Shown in pieces: positions 37,206-50,219 of a stretch of DNA of 64,000 bases. The translations under genes were made by a program, and so were the position numbers. Below the pieces are notes generated by a model. That model worked only from the letters and a program-made list of their open reading frames with translations, was not told the origin of the DNA and made no database searches. Position 1 is the stretch's first letter. Each line of letters starts with the position of its first letter. Source of the DNA: Lepidodermella squamata (taxonomy: Eukaryota; Animalia; Gastrotricha); contig JBLDXI010000055.1 in NCBI GenBank assembly GCA_047495785.1, forward strand, positions 372,001-436,000, in the 5' to 3' direction.

Positions 37206-38241
37206 CGATTGGACGACCTCTAGTAAGCTAAACATCTCTAATAATTCAAACTATAATAAACTGCGTTAAGGATAGCGAGTAAATGTGGGAGTATGGAAAA
37301 GTTGTTTTTCAACTTCATATGATTGCTCAGCTGTTGATGACTCACTCGTACATATAGGGCCGCTTCATAGAATTTATCTCCATGAAAATTAAGGTGCTAT
37401 TTTTTGATATTGCATTTTTTTATGTGCGGAGAATCATTTCGGACTAAAAAATACTCCAGATTGCGCTAATGTGAATCTGCGACCATATTCCGCAATAAAC
37501 GGAGATATACCCTATTAACTGGGATAGGGCATTTTTATTATACCGAAAGTATGCCTCCAGGGCGTTTTATTTACATAAAATCAATCAATAAACAAATCGA
37601 TAGCTAGAGATATCGCCTGTACTTGGGCGTTACTTATACCAACACTATCATAGTGAGCCTTGTACACATTCTAAAAAGCGCCGTTACAAATGATCTAGCC
37701 TGTGGGCTTAACACGTTATATCAGTCATGAAATTTAATGGGAGTGAATGATGAACTTCCCTCGCGGCTATGTTTGAAATCTGGGCCGGCATTGAAATGAT
37801 GTGCGCTGTGCTGCCAAAAGAGACCCACGTAAACACAAATCGAATTGGCACGGGGCGTATATTGTTTTCGAACTTATTGAATTCGCAGTGCATGGGGTTG
37901 CAAAACAGCGGGCAAAATAACTCCGATGGCGAGTTCGTATATATGTTTGAAGCAAACGTACTAGAAATTGGCTAATTGTATTTCCGGATACAATAGAGTT
38001 TAAAATCCCCAAAGATTCCTGACTTATCCTGCCGCTATAAGAGCTTGATTTCGGTAATCAGAGCACCGAAATTGCTAAGAAGAAACACCTTCAAGACGTC
38101 GCATTCGCGTTAGTCTTTGAACCAGTTCTACGTCAGAAAGTTACTCTCCTTAAGGAAGAGAAATGAAATGTTTTATTATTAATATCGTTTCAGAATTCAA
38201 CAACAACAAAATCCAGACTTATGTCATGAACAGGGATTTGA

Positions 38242-40161
38242 TTATTTGCGCATTTCCAAGAGCGTGAGTTTTCCAATCGCAGGGCTCGCATTAGCAGCCG
38301 CCTGTGAGTTGACCTCGCCGGCAATACCAGTTTTAAAATCAACCCGGCCAGTTGACAGTAAAAGACGAATGATGTCCTCTTGCCCAGTCACAGAAGCAAA
38401 AAATAAAGGAGTGACAGTCCGCTCTCGGCCGTAATCTTTAACAGTTGGATTTTTCCAGTTTGTAATATCTTTAACCTTTGCCACTGCGTTCACATCAGCC
38501 CCATGGTCAACCAGCCACTCTGCAAGTTTGACATCCGCTTTTTGAATTGCCCAAAATAACGCAGTCATGCCGTTCCGATCAGCGATGTCGATAGGTATAT
38601 CGCGGCTGAAAAGGTAATGGACGATTTCATGGGACGAGTTATTGGTCTTGATAACGTGAATGACCAGTGGAGATCCGTCGGACAGCGTCACGTTGCTGTC
38701 AGCTCCGCCTTCAACTAAAGTCTTCACTATACTGGGGTCACATCCCTCCTGTACTGACCGAACAATTGGCAGTTCCTCAGGCTCTGTCGCAAAATTGAGA
38801 TCTGCATTGCGCTGGATTAATTCGAAAATGCGATCAGGAAGTTTTCTGAAGCGGCTGCCATCTATCTCCTCCTTCAGTTCTTGCGTCAAATATCCAGGAA
38901 ACTTGATGATTAAAATAAGTTAGAAAATTGAAACAATTGTATATTCACTTACGCGTGGTCGGCGAGCTTTCGAACAATGAAGGTTACTGCCTCCAGTCAT
39001 TTGGGAGATTTTCAATTGCTGCAATTCCTAAATATATGAAGTAACTCAGTTCCTCCAATTATAATTTAAGAATAATACTTCTTACAGATTGCAGTTTTTC
39101 CAATGATGCTTTGGTTTCGCTTTCCAGATTAGCGTAGGCAGATTTATATTTGTCGGCTTTCTTTGAAACAAAACAAACGAACCAGTCAGCTTGAGTTGGT
39201 ATAATGAGTCATACCGACTGGGCCATCAGAAGCTCCTTCTTAGTTACCAATAATTCTTGCTCAAGTTGTTTGTTTCGAGCTTCAAGGTCACTTAGCTGCT
39301 TCTTATTTTAAAAACTTCGAAATAAAAATGACTTGGAGTTTTTTTCAAATTTACATACCGTTAGTCCAGCAGATGATGCTTGAACCCCAACATCACGTGC
39401 TTGGGGAAGCTTCTGAGATGCTTGAACACCAACATCGCGAACTTGGGGAAGCTTCTCGCTAAGCTGGCTATTTATAATTTCCTACACAATCGACCAAAGT
39501 TCTAAATTGGCTGAATAATCATCACAGACGAACCTTGATAGAAGAAAGGACTTGGCCATGAAGCTGTTGGAAAAGAATAGCCCTTTCTTCTGAAAATTTA
39601 GCTTCGAACATTTGGAGAAGTGAGTCATAGATGCGCTTTTCGGATTCCTATATTGAATAATTCACTTTCATTTTTTGGCTGATACGTGATGGCTAGCCTT
39701 GGCTTACCTGTAGAACATCTTCAGTTGGCGTGAAAAGGTTAGGACGCGCCAGTTCCTGTCGTAAAAATCGTGAATAATAGACGTAGTTTGGGCACGTGAA
39801 TGGTTCATTATTGTTGCAAACCTGTTCTTTTTCCAGTAATTTGGCTTCGAGCTCAGCTTTCGATTTTTGAAGAACCTCCAGTTCCTAAATTAATCGATAA
39901 ACGCACATAAGGGAGGCGGGGTGTACTTTCATACATATATTCTCTCTATTTTTAAGGCCAATTTTTCAGCGACGGACTGAATATGATGAATATAATGTTT
40001 ACCTCTTCAGCTCTTCCCAATTTTTCCTCTAGCACAAGCCATCGATGACTTTCGCTCTCCTAAGAACCGATATTGGCGATAAAAAGTTACAGAAAAAGTT
40101 ACAATTACAGAAATTATACCGATTTCCCCGAGTCACTCAATTGGCTTAAAAATTGAAACAT
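38242..40161 (-). CDS. Coiled-coil + ankyrin-repeat protein (array gene B)
   Basis: MFQFLSQLSDSGKS/ESESHRWLVLEEKLGRAEE short exons; ankyrin exon with NGMTALFWAI and TPLFFAS. Confidence 0.75.
39378..39458 (-). repeat. 42-bp coding tandem duplication (KLPQxRDVGVQAS twice)
   Basis: TGCTTGAAC.CCAACATC.CG..CTTGGGGAAGCTTCT occurs twice. Confidence 0.85.
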
Positions 40162-40462
40162 ATCAATTCAAAAATGAAATTTTGAAGCAGAAAGGTTCTG
40201 CGATTTGTAATGAAAAAGTGTTTATCCGATGACTTGGCTGTTAACTATTTACCTGGGGCAACATGTGTTACATTGAGACAGGCACATTACATTTTAGCGA
40301 TACTTTTATTCTGTTTTAAAAGGTGTTGCACTCGACAAACTTTGAATTATTTTTAGAATAGATTTGAGCTGCTGAGGGCTCTGAGGCATTTACTTATACG
40401 ATAGACCAAGAAGGAGAAAAGATTGAGATTGAGAAATAATGGTTTTCAGCAATTACTCTGAT

Positions 40463-42006
40463 TTATTGCTTTGATTTTATCGCCGATGTGATAATTTTAG
40501 AAATCAAACTGTCTGCTTTATTTAATTTCGCTGCAGCCAGGTTGGCTTCTGATGACCGTCCGTGACTCGTGAAATCGACTTTCCCGGTAGATAACAGCAA
40601 CATAACTATATTCTCATGACCAGCTTCCGATGCCAAATACAAAGGAGTAGCCGTTGTTCTGACGGAAGATGAATAGACATTGACATCTGCACCGTTGTCA
40701 ACCAGCCATTCGCATTCCATTCGATATTCCCATTTTTAGCCGCCCACCACAACGCAGTTGCCCCTGATCTGTCTCGAGTTTCAATTGACAGTCCGAGGCT
40801 GAACAAGAATTTGATGATTGCATTGTCAGCCGAGCCACATTTTACACTTTGAACAACCAACGGCGTTCCATCAGAGAGGGCTTTATTGAAGTCAGCACCA
40901 TTCTCAATAAAAAATTTGATAATTTCAACTGAATCGCATCCTGACTCGATCGCACGTCGTAGTGGGAACATATCTGGTTCAGTCTCGTAGTTCACATCGG
41001 CTCGTCGTTCTATCAAAGCTGTGAGTGTCCATGGAATCTCAGATGATTTGCCAAGGTTGTAACTCCACCAACGTGCATATGACATTAGTTCCTTGAGGTC
41101 CTTTGAAAGATAACCTTCATACTAGAAATAAATGTTGGAAATAGAAATTAAATTATAACATCATCTGCAGAGGCTCACTCGAGGGATCCAACTTGTCGAT
41201 TTCTTCCCTTTATCTTTGCCATCTGCTCCACTTTCAGGGTCGGAATCCTGATGAAACGTGAAACAATGAACAGATATATCAAGACATTTAGAAAGTCGTT
41301 AATACCTGAAGAGGCGCCGTTTGGACTTCAGCATTAACTAGCATTCGAGTGGTCACTAGTTGAGTGTTCGCCAACTTGTCCAGCAACCGTTTTTCCACGC
41401 TCTATCGATTCTCCATTGAAGACAATTCGCATTTTCATCAAGCTACTTCTTACCTCAATCTTTTCATCAACTGATAGTCGGATTTCCACCAACTTGTTCT
41501 CGAAATGAGCATCTGACAATGATTGAGTAGCCTTATCCACAGAGTCCTGGAAATGTATCAAACCAATCAAATCAATCAAACCAATCGTAACCTCCTTGAG
41601 CTTGATTTAAAATCTCACCTGCCCAACTTCAATTGGAGTAAACAAATCATGACGCGAACTACCCTGAAGTCAATTTCATATTCGCAATGATATGGATTTT
41701 GCGTTCACGTCAAGTCAACTTTACTTGATTTTCACTCAATTTGTGCTCCAGCGAAGCCTTGGCGTTTTGGAGAGCAAGAATCTCCTATACCGAAGAATTG
41801 ATGTGATTTTTAGGCTAGTAACTCGATTATTTTTCGATTACCTTCTTAGCCTTTTGAAGCTCCGATTCCAAAATGAAGACCCGTGCCTTTATCAATTCAT
41901 CTTCCTCCTGTTCAATAAAAACCATAATTATCAAAAATGTGTAATTAAAAGGAAGCCTTACCGAAATTTCCGAGAATTCCGACTTGGGATTAAACAGATG
42001 AAGCAT
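40463..42006 (-). pseudogene. Coiled-coil + ankyrin gene C with a frameshift near 40710-40722
   Basis: Ankyrin coding sequence is split over two frames at GAATGGAATGCGAATGG, where paralogs read KFAEWLVD. Could be an assembly error. Confidence 0.65.
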
Positions 42007-42116
42007 CTATAACTGCGACAGCTTAATAACAGTCTAAGGAGAGTAAAAAATTCGCAAAATAATCAACAAAAGAGTAAGTATTTCACATCCATTGTCCATT
42101 TAGTGTTCGACAATGA

Positions 42117-43809
42117 CTACTTCGCTGCAGATTTCAAAGCGGCAGAGACAAGATTTCCCGCTGTATTCTTCACGAAAGTAGCGGCCGCTGAGTTGAGCAT
42201 ACCTGCTTTCCCGCTTGCAAAATCGACCTTGCCAGTGGAGAGCAGCAAACGAACAATGTCAACTTGGTCACGATCAGCAGCCAATTTCAGTGGAGTTAAT
42301 TCAGATGAGCCATTGGGCAAACGCCCTAAAACATTAACATTAGCGCCTCTGTCAACAAGCCATTCAGCAAATTTGATATCATTTTTGTGAACTGCCCACA
42401 GTAACGCTGTTAGTCCGCTTCTATCGGCTGAATCAATCGATACTCCAAGGTTAAACAAGTAATCGATGATATCTCGTCTGCAGTCGTTCTTTATAACATG
42501 AATGACCAAAGGAGTCCCATCAGACAGAGTGACATTTGGATTGGCCCCGTGATCAATCAGAGCGGCAAGAACTTTGGTCGAGCAGCCATTCTTCACAGCA
42601 AGCACGAAAGGAAGATCGTCGTTACTTCCGAAATTGACATCGGCATTTCGTGACAGCAGGTCTAACACTGATGACAATGTGTTATTTAAGTGATAAGCTG
42701 ACCTGCTCGTAGACACTGCTTGAACCAACTTCTCAGTCAAATATCCTGGGTACTACGCGGAAACATAGCGGGAATTTTATTTCAAGCTCAAAAATGATTA
42801 CTCTTGGCTTCGCAATTTTCGAAGAACTCGGCGGATTATTGTTCTTCGCATTAGATTGTTTCAAGGAATCTATCTCCTGGGAGCAAAAATATCAAAATTC
42901 CTAGAATTTAAAAATGTGGAACAATGGTTAGGAAACTTACTGCTGTGAGTTTGGCTACTGTTTCCTTTGTCTTCATCTCCAGGTCTTTGTAGGCAGCTTT
43001 GAGAGTTTCATTTTCATCCTACAGAAAAGTAATGTATAATTCAAAGAATGGCCTCGACCTTTTAAACCTTCCATCGCATCGTTTGTACGCACGAGTTGAC
43101 CATCGGACGTCGGGTATTTCCTAACTTTTCGCCCAATTGAGCTTCAACAATGCTCTGTCCCAATATACAAATTTATCACGCTTTAAAATTTATGGAGGAA
43201 GGATTACCTTCGTTTTCAGTAAAAGTTGATCTTGCAATTGTTGAGCCAATCCTGATTTTTCCTCGGCGAATTTGTTTTCAATAATTTGCAGCAGCGATTC
43301 GAAAAGGCGTTTTTCCATATCCTATACAATATCAATAGCAACGTTTTCCACGAAATCATTAGACTTTTCTAGTCACCGGCGAGCCTTCTTCGGTTGGGGT
43401 GAACAGGTTTGGCCGGAGAAATTCCTTTATTCAATGAGGAGCTATCCATAAACACGTAAGTTTATGAATATCCTTATACCAAACCTGTTCTCTCTCCGAA
43501 AGTCTGGCTTCAAGTACGGCCTTAGCTTGGCGTAGAGTTTGATTTTCCTAGATATAGAGAAATTAGAAAAAGTGGTTACATTTACCGTGGCAAATTCCGA
43601 AATTTTTGTCAAGCTAATACAAAAAAATATGAGATATACCTCCTCAGATCTGCGCAGTTCATTTTCCAAAAATACGAGCCGATTTTTCTGAGTTTCCTCC
43701 TCTTCCTGAAAAAGAAGGCTGATGATCTAGCGATATCTAGCGATGGGTAAACTTCAAATCAAACCGTAGGCACCTCGTAATCAGATCTTCTGCTAAAAAA
43801 GTGCAGCAT
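42117..43809 (-). CDS. Coiled-coil + ankyrin-repeat protein (array gene D), 9 exons
   Basis: All exons traced in frame from MLHFFSRRSDYEVPT to LVSAALKSAAK; eight phase-0 introns. Confidence 0.8.
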
Positions 43810-43994
43810 ATTTTCAGGGAATATTCCAAAAATCGCTGACAGCTTGAAATAAAAATACACGTGAAATATAATCTAGAATTAAGAACAGAATTTCTATTGG
43901 ACACGTGACTTATCTTTCCCATCTTTCCAAATAATCAACAAAAGAGAGTTAGTATTTCACATCCATTGTCCATTCAGTGTTCGATAATGACTGA

Positions 43995-45720
43995 CTACTT
44001 AGCTGCAGATTTCATAGCGGCAGAGACAAGATTTCCCGCTGTATTCTTCGCGAGAGCTGTTGCAGAGTTAAGCGAGCCCGCTATCCCATTTTCAAAATCA
44101 ACTCTGCCGGTTGAGAGCAGCAAACGAACCATATTCCTTAGATCGCGATCAACAGCTAGCTTAAGTGGAGTATACTCAAAGGTTGACCACGAGCCGTTGC
44201 GATCGGGAAGGCGCCCCACTGTGTTAACGTTAGCGCCTCGATCAACTAGCCATTCTGCAAATTTGATATCATCTTTGTTGACTGCCCACATTAATGCAGT
44301 TACTCCATTCCGATCGGCCGAATCAATAGATATTCCACGGCTGAACAAGTAGTAGATAACTTCATGCCGAGGGTCGTTGCTTTTTACGGCATGAATGACC
44401 AACGGAGTTCCGTCAGACAGAGTAATGTTTGGATTTGCCCCGTGATCGACCAGGGCAGCAAAAACTACTTCCGAGCATCGATTTTTCACAGCATGAACAA
44501 TTGGAAGATCGTCGACAGCAGGTCCGTAATTTAAATCAGGATTCCGTGATAACAGATCCTTCAATGCCCATGGTACATTCATGCCCCCACAGTGGTTGCA
44601 CAAAGCTTTCCGCAGCTCCTCAGTCAAATACCCTGGGTACTGAGCATACATTTTAAGGAAGCTTATATTTCCAACTCAAAGTTATTACCCTAGGTTTCGA
44701 AATGTTTGCGGGGTCAGGGAGCTTGCTGTTGGATTTTTCCAAGGATTCTATCTTCTGAAATTATTTAAATGCGACATTTAAAAACGTTGTCATTTGAATA
44801 AAAATGTCGGGCACTCTTCACTTACTGCTTCAAGTTGTTCAACTGTTTCCTTCATTTTCAGCTCCAGCTGGCTGTAAGCAACTTTGCTTTCATGCAGCTC
44901 TTCTTTGAGATTTCTGCTTTCGTCCTAAGAAAATATTCGAATGATTTTCGAAAGTTGATAGCTATAATTATGGCACCTGTGTTTCCGTTGTTTGTACGGC
45001 TGAATCTACCATTGATTTTCGGGAATTTCTCATCCTTTCGTTCAGCTGGGCTTCGAGGCTCTGCAAGAAAATCATAGATTTTGCTGCCAAATCGATACAT
45101 TCGGACAAAGGCTCACCTGAGTTTTCTGGACAATGTGATCCTGAAGCTGAGCCAGCGCCGCCTTTTCATCAGCGAATTTTATCTCAATGATTTTCAGCAG
45201 TGAATCAAAAAGGCGCTTTTCCAAGTCCTAAAATAACAATAATAAACTTCATTTATAAATCGAAATTTGGCTCGGCATTGTCACCGGTGAGATTTCTTCC
45301 GTCGGGGTGAACAGACTTGGTCGAACGTATTCCTTCATTCAAGGCAGATATGGATAAGGATAGCTTATATCTTAGTAACAAACCTGTTCTTTCTCCGCAA
45401 GTCTTGCTTCGAGGGCAGCTTTAGCTTGGCGAAGACTTAGTATTTCCTAGTACGAAATAGTTGAACCCTATTATCAGCTAGCTAATTCGATAATTTTCAA
45501 GGCAATTTTTGGGAAAATCCTTCGAATCCTTGGAAAGGAATCATTACGCAAATAAAATACCTCTTCAGCCCTCTGCAATTGATTTTCCAGAAATACGAGG
45601 CGATTTTTCTGAGTTTCCTCCTCCTCCTGAGACAAGAAATTATTTTGAGCCTTGAAATTTCTGAAAAATTCAAACCGTAGGCTCCACGTAATCAGATCTA
45701 GTGCTAAAAAAGTGCAGCAT
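43995..45720 (-). CDS. Coiled-coil + ankyrin-repeat protein (array gene E), closest paralog of D
   Basis: MLHFFSTRSDYVEPT start and same exon series; 5' and 3' flanks shared with D. Confidence 0.8.
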
Positions 45721-46059
45721 TTTTACGGAATTTTCCGAAATCACTGACAGCTTAGAGATAAAATGGACGTGAAATATAATCTAGAATTATGAACAAAAAT
45801 TTTACGGAACGCGTGCCCTTCCTTATTTCCAGCATCATCTTGTGTCTCATGGAATCTCATAGTGCAAAGTTCATTCAGTGAGCCGCAATAAAAAAGACGT
45901 ATTTTTCGAAAAGCGCCGAATTTATTTACATCGATATATAGCGAGGCAGAAGTATAGAGCAAAAATGCTCACCGCATCAAAAATCTCCGAAATTGTGGTT
46001 AAAATTTGTCGAGGTATGGCTATCGTCATGCAAATACTATGCCGGTTAAAATGAAGGGG

Positions 46060-46350
46060 TTAGAAAAATGTAATTCGAATGCTGCGACCGGTTTGAAGCA
46101 CAGCCATGACGGTCAACTTCTCATGTGACGCCATATCGAGCGAAATATCCTGATAGCCCAGCGGCATCCAGCCGTGCTTGCGGTAGAAGAATTCATGGCA
46201 TCCATCGAGAAGGCCAAATCGGTACAAAGTGCAGTCGCTGTAGTCGTTCGTCAATCGGTTGACGATCTGCTTGACGCGAACTAGGCCATCTCCACCTAAA
46301 TCCCGATCATCCTCTTCGTAATTAACTCTGCATCGGTAGTGGTAAACCAT
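46060..46350 (-). CDS. Intronless 96-aa hypothetical protein
   Basis: AAAATGG start context, GC-rich coding-like island, globular composition. Confidence 0.5.
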   Translation of the reverse strand: MVYHYRCRVNYEEDDRDLGGDGLVRVKQIVNRLTNDYSDCTLYRFGLLDGCHEFFYRKHGWMPLGYQDISLDMASHEKLTVMAVLQTGRSIRITFF

Positions 46351-46728
46351 TTTTCAGAACACGGCGTGAAAAAAACGAGAAATTTCTGAATTTGCTTAAA
46401 AAACCGTTTGCACTGGCAGAGAGTCAAAATACGTGCCTCGTTTCGTGTATAGTACTTTGAAGCGACAGAAAAAAACGACGTAAAACGTATTATACATACG
46501 TGTATTGCGTTAATATATTATAGATCCTATACGAGTACTTACCTATAGAGAGCGCAAAAAATTGATGTCGCATCAGAATGCTATACAGGCTGCGCGCATT
46601 CGTAGTAAAAGCAAAAACTATAAAGGTGGATGCCACGCATTTTTTGCAGCCGCTAAATTACGCGACTCGGTCATATCCACCTTGATTTTTATTTATTTCT
46701 GAACTCGTGAATCAAACAGTTTGATAGT

Positions 46729-48255
46729 TCAATGCTTTCGATTGAGCAACTCCCGAATATCAACATTCGCAGCTAATGCCATCGCATCTCGGCCTTCGTC
46801 ATCGTTGATATCAACATCAGCACCTTGTTTCAACAGCAATTCGACAAAGCCAACCCGGCTTAAATATGCAGCCATCATCAACGGCGACCAGTTTTTCCCG
46901 ATTTCAATCGACCTGTTTTCATCGGCATTGAAGAAAGAAAACCTGTCCGATGAAAAATGGTTCACGTCAGCGCCTTTTTCTATCAACATCCTCGCGACAT
47001 TTATATCGCCGTTTTTAACCGCAAAGAATAACGGTGTCCAGCTGGCTTCTGAACAATCGTTGACAAGGGCTCCGGCCTTCAGAAGTAGCTTGACAATTTC
47101 GACGTGATCGCGCTGTATCGCAGAAATAAGCGCTGACCAACCCGAATGGTCTTTTGGGTTAACATCAGCCCCAACGCTCAGAAGAAGTCGAACGATCTCT
47201 TGCTGGCCGTGGAATGCTGCTGTGATTAATGCCGTTGAGCCATAGACGTTGGTCAAATTGGCATCAGCCCTACGTTCGAGCAGTAGTTTCACCACGTCAA
47301 CTTGACCATATTTGCTATAAAAACGAGATTCAAAAAATCGAATTTAATATTGATAAAAAAAGCCCGTACCACGCATAAATAAGAGGAGTAAAAGCGTAGA
47401 TGTTTCGATTGTTGATATCGGCACCATGGTCCAAGAGAAGTGAAGCTATCGAAGCGTGACCATTCTTCGCGGCGCAAATCAAAGCTGTAGATCCGGTGTT
47501 GTCCCTGTATATAAATCAATGATTACAATCAAAACCATTAAAATTATTTTTACCTGTGATCAACTTCAGCTCCTTTTTCTAACAAGGCAGCTACTGCTTC
47601 ATAATGGCCACCAGTTGCGGCTAAAATCAACGCAGATGACCCGGAATCGTCGTCAGTAAAATTCACGTCGGCATCAAATTTAGTGATGAGTGATAGAATT
47701 AAAGCAGGCTCGCCGTTTCGAGCCGCGTTCAAAAGGTCATGACCCACTTGATCTTTTGCCTTCAAAGAATTGATACAGAAAATTCACAAGGAAATGACAT
47801 GAAATTCGGTTATACCTCAGATGGCAATTTTTCACTGGCAGATGATGTTCTCGGAGCTTCACTGCCATGTGGTTCGCATTCGCTATGAAGACGGTGACGG
47901 TCGATATTGGATGGCCGATTAACCGGACTTTTGGCTTGTTTAATTTCAAGCGCAATCGATAATTCCTTCGGAAAAAATATGACTGAAATAACGGTTTTCG
48001 ATAACAATTTATTTCTAACCTCAGTTTTCTTTAATAGTTCTGACTCTAGCTGTCTCTGCTTGTGCATAGATTCTTCCAATTCCTGGAAAATTCCCGGTTT
48101 TGGGAAAAATCAATCAAATTGTACGACATAGTGATAATAACCTGCCGATTTTTCAATAGAGCTGATTGAAGCCGTTTATTCTCCTCCTCCAGAAGCTTCA
48201 GCCTCGAAGCATTCTTATCCGTGGAAAAGGTAATATTTTCACATCTTGGCAGCAT
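46729..48255 (-). CDS. Short coiled-coil + long ankyrin-repeat protein (gene F), multi-exon
   Basis: LKLLEEENKRLQSALL exon, then repeats DDDSGSSALILAA, GSTALITAA, GWSALISAI, WTPLFFAV, WSPLMMAA. Confidence 0.8.
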
Positions 48256-48656
48256 TTTCTTAATCAGGAAAGTGGACGAGCATTCAAATTGAGCAATAAA
48301 CATGACCAGTGTGTAATAATAAGTCTTGCAATGCGATTATTGCACGTTCATTCATGATTTCGGTCATTTCCTACGTGTGCTATTTATAAAATCGCGCGTG
48401 CCTATTCGAGCCACACATTCGAATTTTAATAGTTATACCGGGGTATCAGTTAACAAGTGTTCCATGAATGGGTATTTATGTTCTGTGGCCGGTGCTGTGA
48501 GGGCATTGCGGTAAATAAGACCCAGCTCATAACAAAAGCAGATGTTGACTTCGACGCCCACGCTTGGGTTAGCCGACGATAAGATATCAAGAACACAGCA
48601 AATAAACAGAGACATTTCTAGCACGACCACAAATCGTTGCATGAATTAAGAATTCC

Positions 48657-50219
48657 ATGGAAAACGTTTATTTAGCAAATTTTCTCATTTTATTCGCACT
48701 AAAATTAGCAGTGATCAGAGCACAGTACAGCGAAGAAATAGCGGCGATTGGTGACCAAAATGCCGCCGACGTTTGCTTCTATACAACATCGGGCAGCTGT
48801 TGCTTTTTTGACGCGGCGAGGCGCCGCTCGAAATGCTTCGACAAGGAGCCGCCATTCGATTATCTACCGCCACCGTTCGACGTCGATCTCCCAAAGTATT
48901 TTCTGGTCAGCATTGCTAATGATAGCAGCATTGTTGATCGTCAAATCAACCATATTGACGAGCTCGACGCTTCACTTTACACCGAAGTCGTTCTCCTCAT
49001 CCATGGTCTGTGGGGTAGCCGAGAAGGATGCAGACCTTGGGCTGATCCGCTTCTTCACGGCATTATTACTAGAAAGGTTATAACTACATTTATTTTCGAA
49101 AAAAATTTGGATTTTCGATTTTTACGCCAAGAAACACGCGGCCGTCGTTTTTGTTGATTGGGAACGTGGGTCGCGGCTGCGAAAGCGGAATGTCTATTCC
49201 CAGGCCGCGTCTAATGCTCGAATAACCGGCGTAATGGTGGCGCATTTTCTCACGCCGAGAAATCGCCTCAAAAAAGTGGGCGAAATGTATGACCACCGGT
49301 GGTGCGTCGGCTTTTCGCTGGGCGCTCACGTTTGTGCCTTCGTCGGCAAGGAGCTGAAATCACTCAAAGAACCGATGCTGACTGGAATCGTAGGCCTCGA
49401 CGCAGCTGGTCCTTGCTTTCACAAAAATGATGCACGAACGCGATTGAGTAAAGTCGCGAAAAATCTCAAAATTTGAATTTCATTTCACTCATGCCACAGG
49501 TAAAAAAGATGCGGAATTTGTGATTGTTCTCCACACTAGCTGGTTTGGGCTTAGGGCTGATCTCGGCCATGTTGATTTCTATATTAACGGCGGATATTAC
49601 CAACCGGGTTGCTCAAAAGTTGGCGCGCTAACCACATCGGCTGGAATTAAAATTCAATCGAAAATGTGCAAGGACGAGGATGTTACGAACGGTGAATTTC
49701 AATTTAAAACCCGCCAATCTTTAAATCGAAAATGTAACAGAAATATTATCGGCAAATGGCGATAAGGATGAGATAATCGATTTAGGTCAACACCGTTTGA
49801 GGAGACGATTGCACCGCCGTGCTTTGTACGAATTGATGGCTTGTTCCCACGATCGAGCAACGGCCGTGTTTGCCGATGGCCTCAGCGACGAGTGTTACTT
49901 ACGGTCGAAAGCACCGGGCAAAATACTCTCGAAAATAACCCCTGGGGTGCGCCTTAACTCAACTGAAGCTATATCGGCCGCTCAAAATTTAACGGGTCAA
50001 ATTTGGCTGGGTTACAGGTCACTCGATGTCAATTTCACGCGATCGCTTCTTCACCTGCAGAAATTTTACGAGAATAAACGCCAATTCCACGGAAAAACTG
50101 GCGCCGAGGCACCCTACTGCCTGTATCTCGAGCCATCTTCGATTATGAATTCCGCGAACCTAATTAATCCTTTCAAGTTCGAGTCAATTATTTTGCTATT
50201 ATTTTTCCTGTTTTTCTAA
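48657..50219 (+). CDS. Pancreatic-lipase-family lipase/phospholipase A1, 4 exons
   Basis: Signal peptide; LLIHG, VDW, YSQAASN, GFSLGAH (Ser), GLDAAGPCF (Asp), [22 protein letters not shown] (His); hydrophobic C-terminus. Confidence 0.92.

Noticed and set aside
37708-38012. Short ORFs between ankyrin genes A and B
   Set aside because: No motifs or supporting splice pattern.
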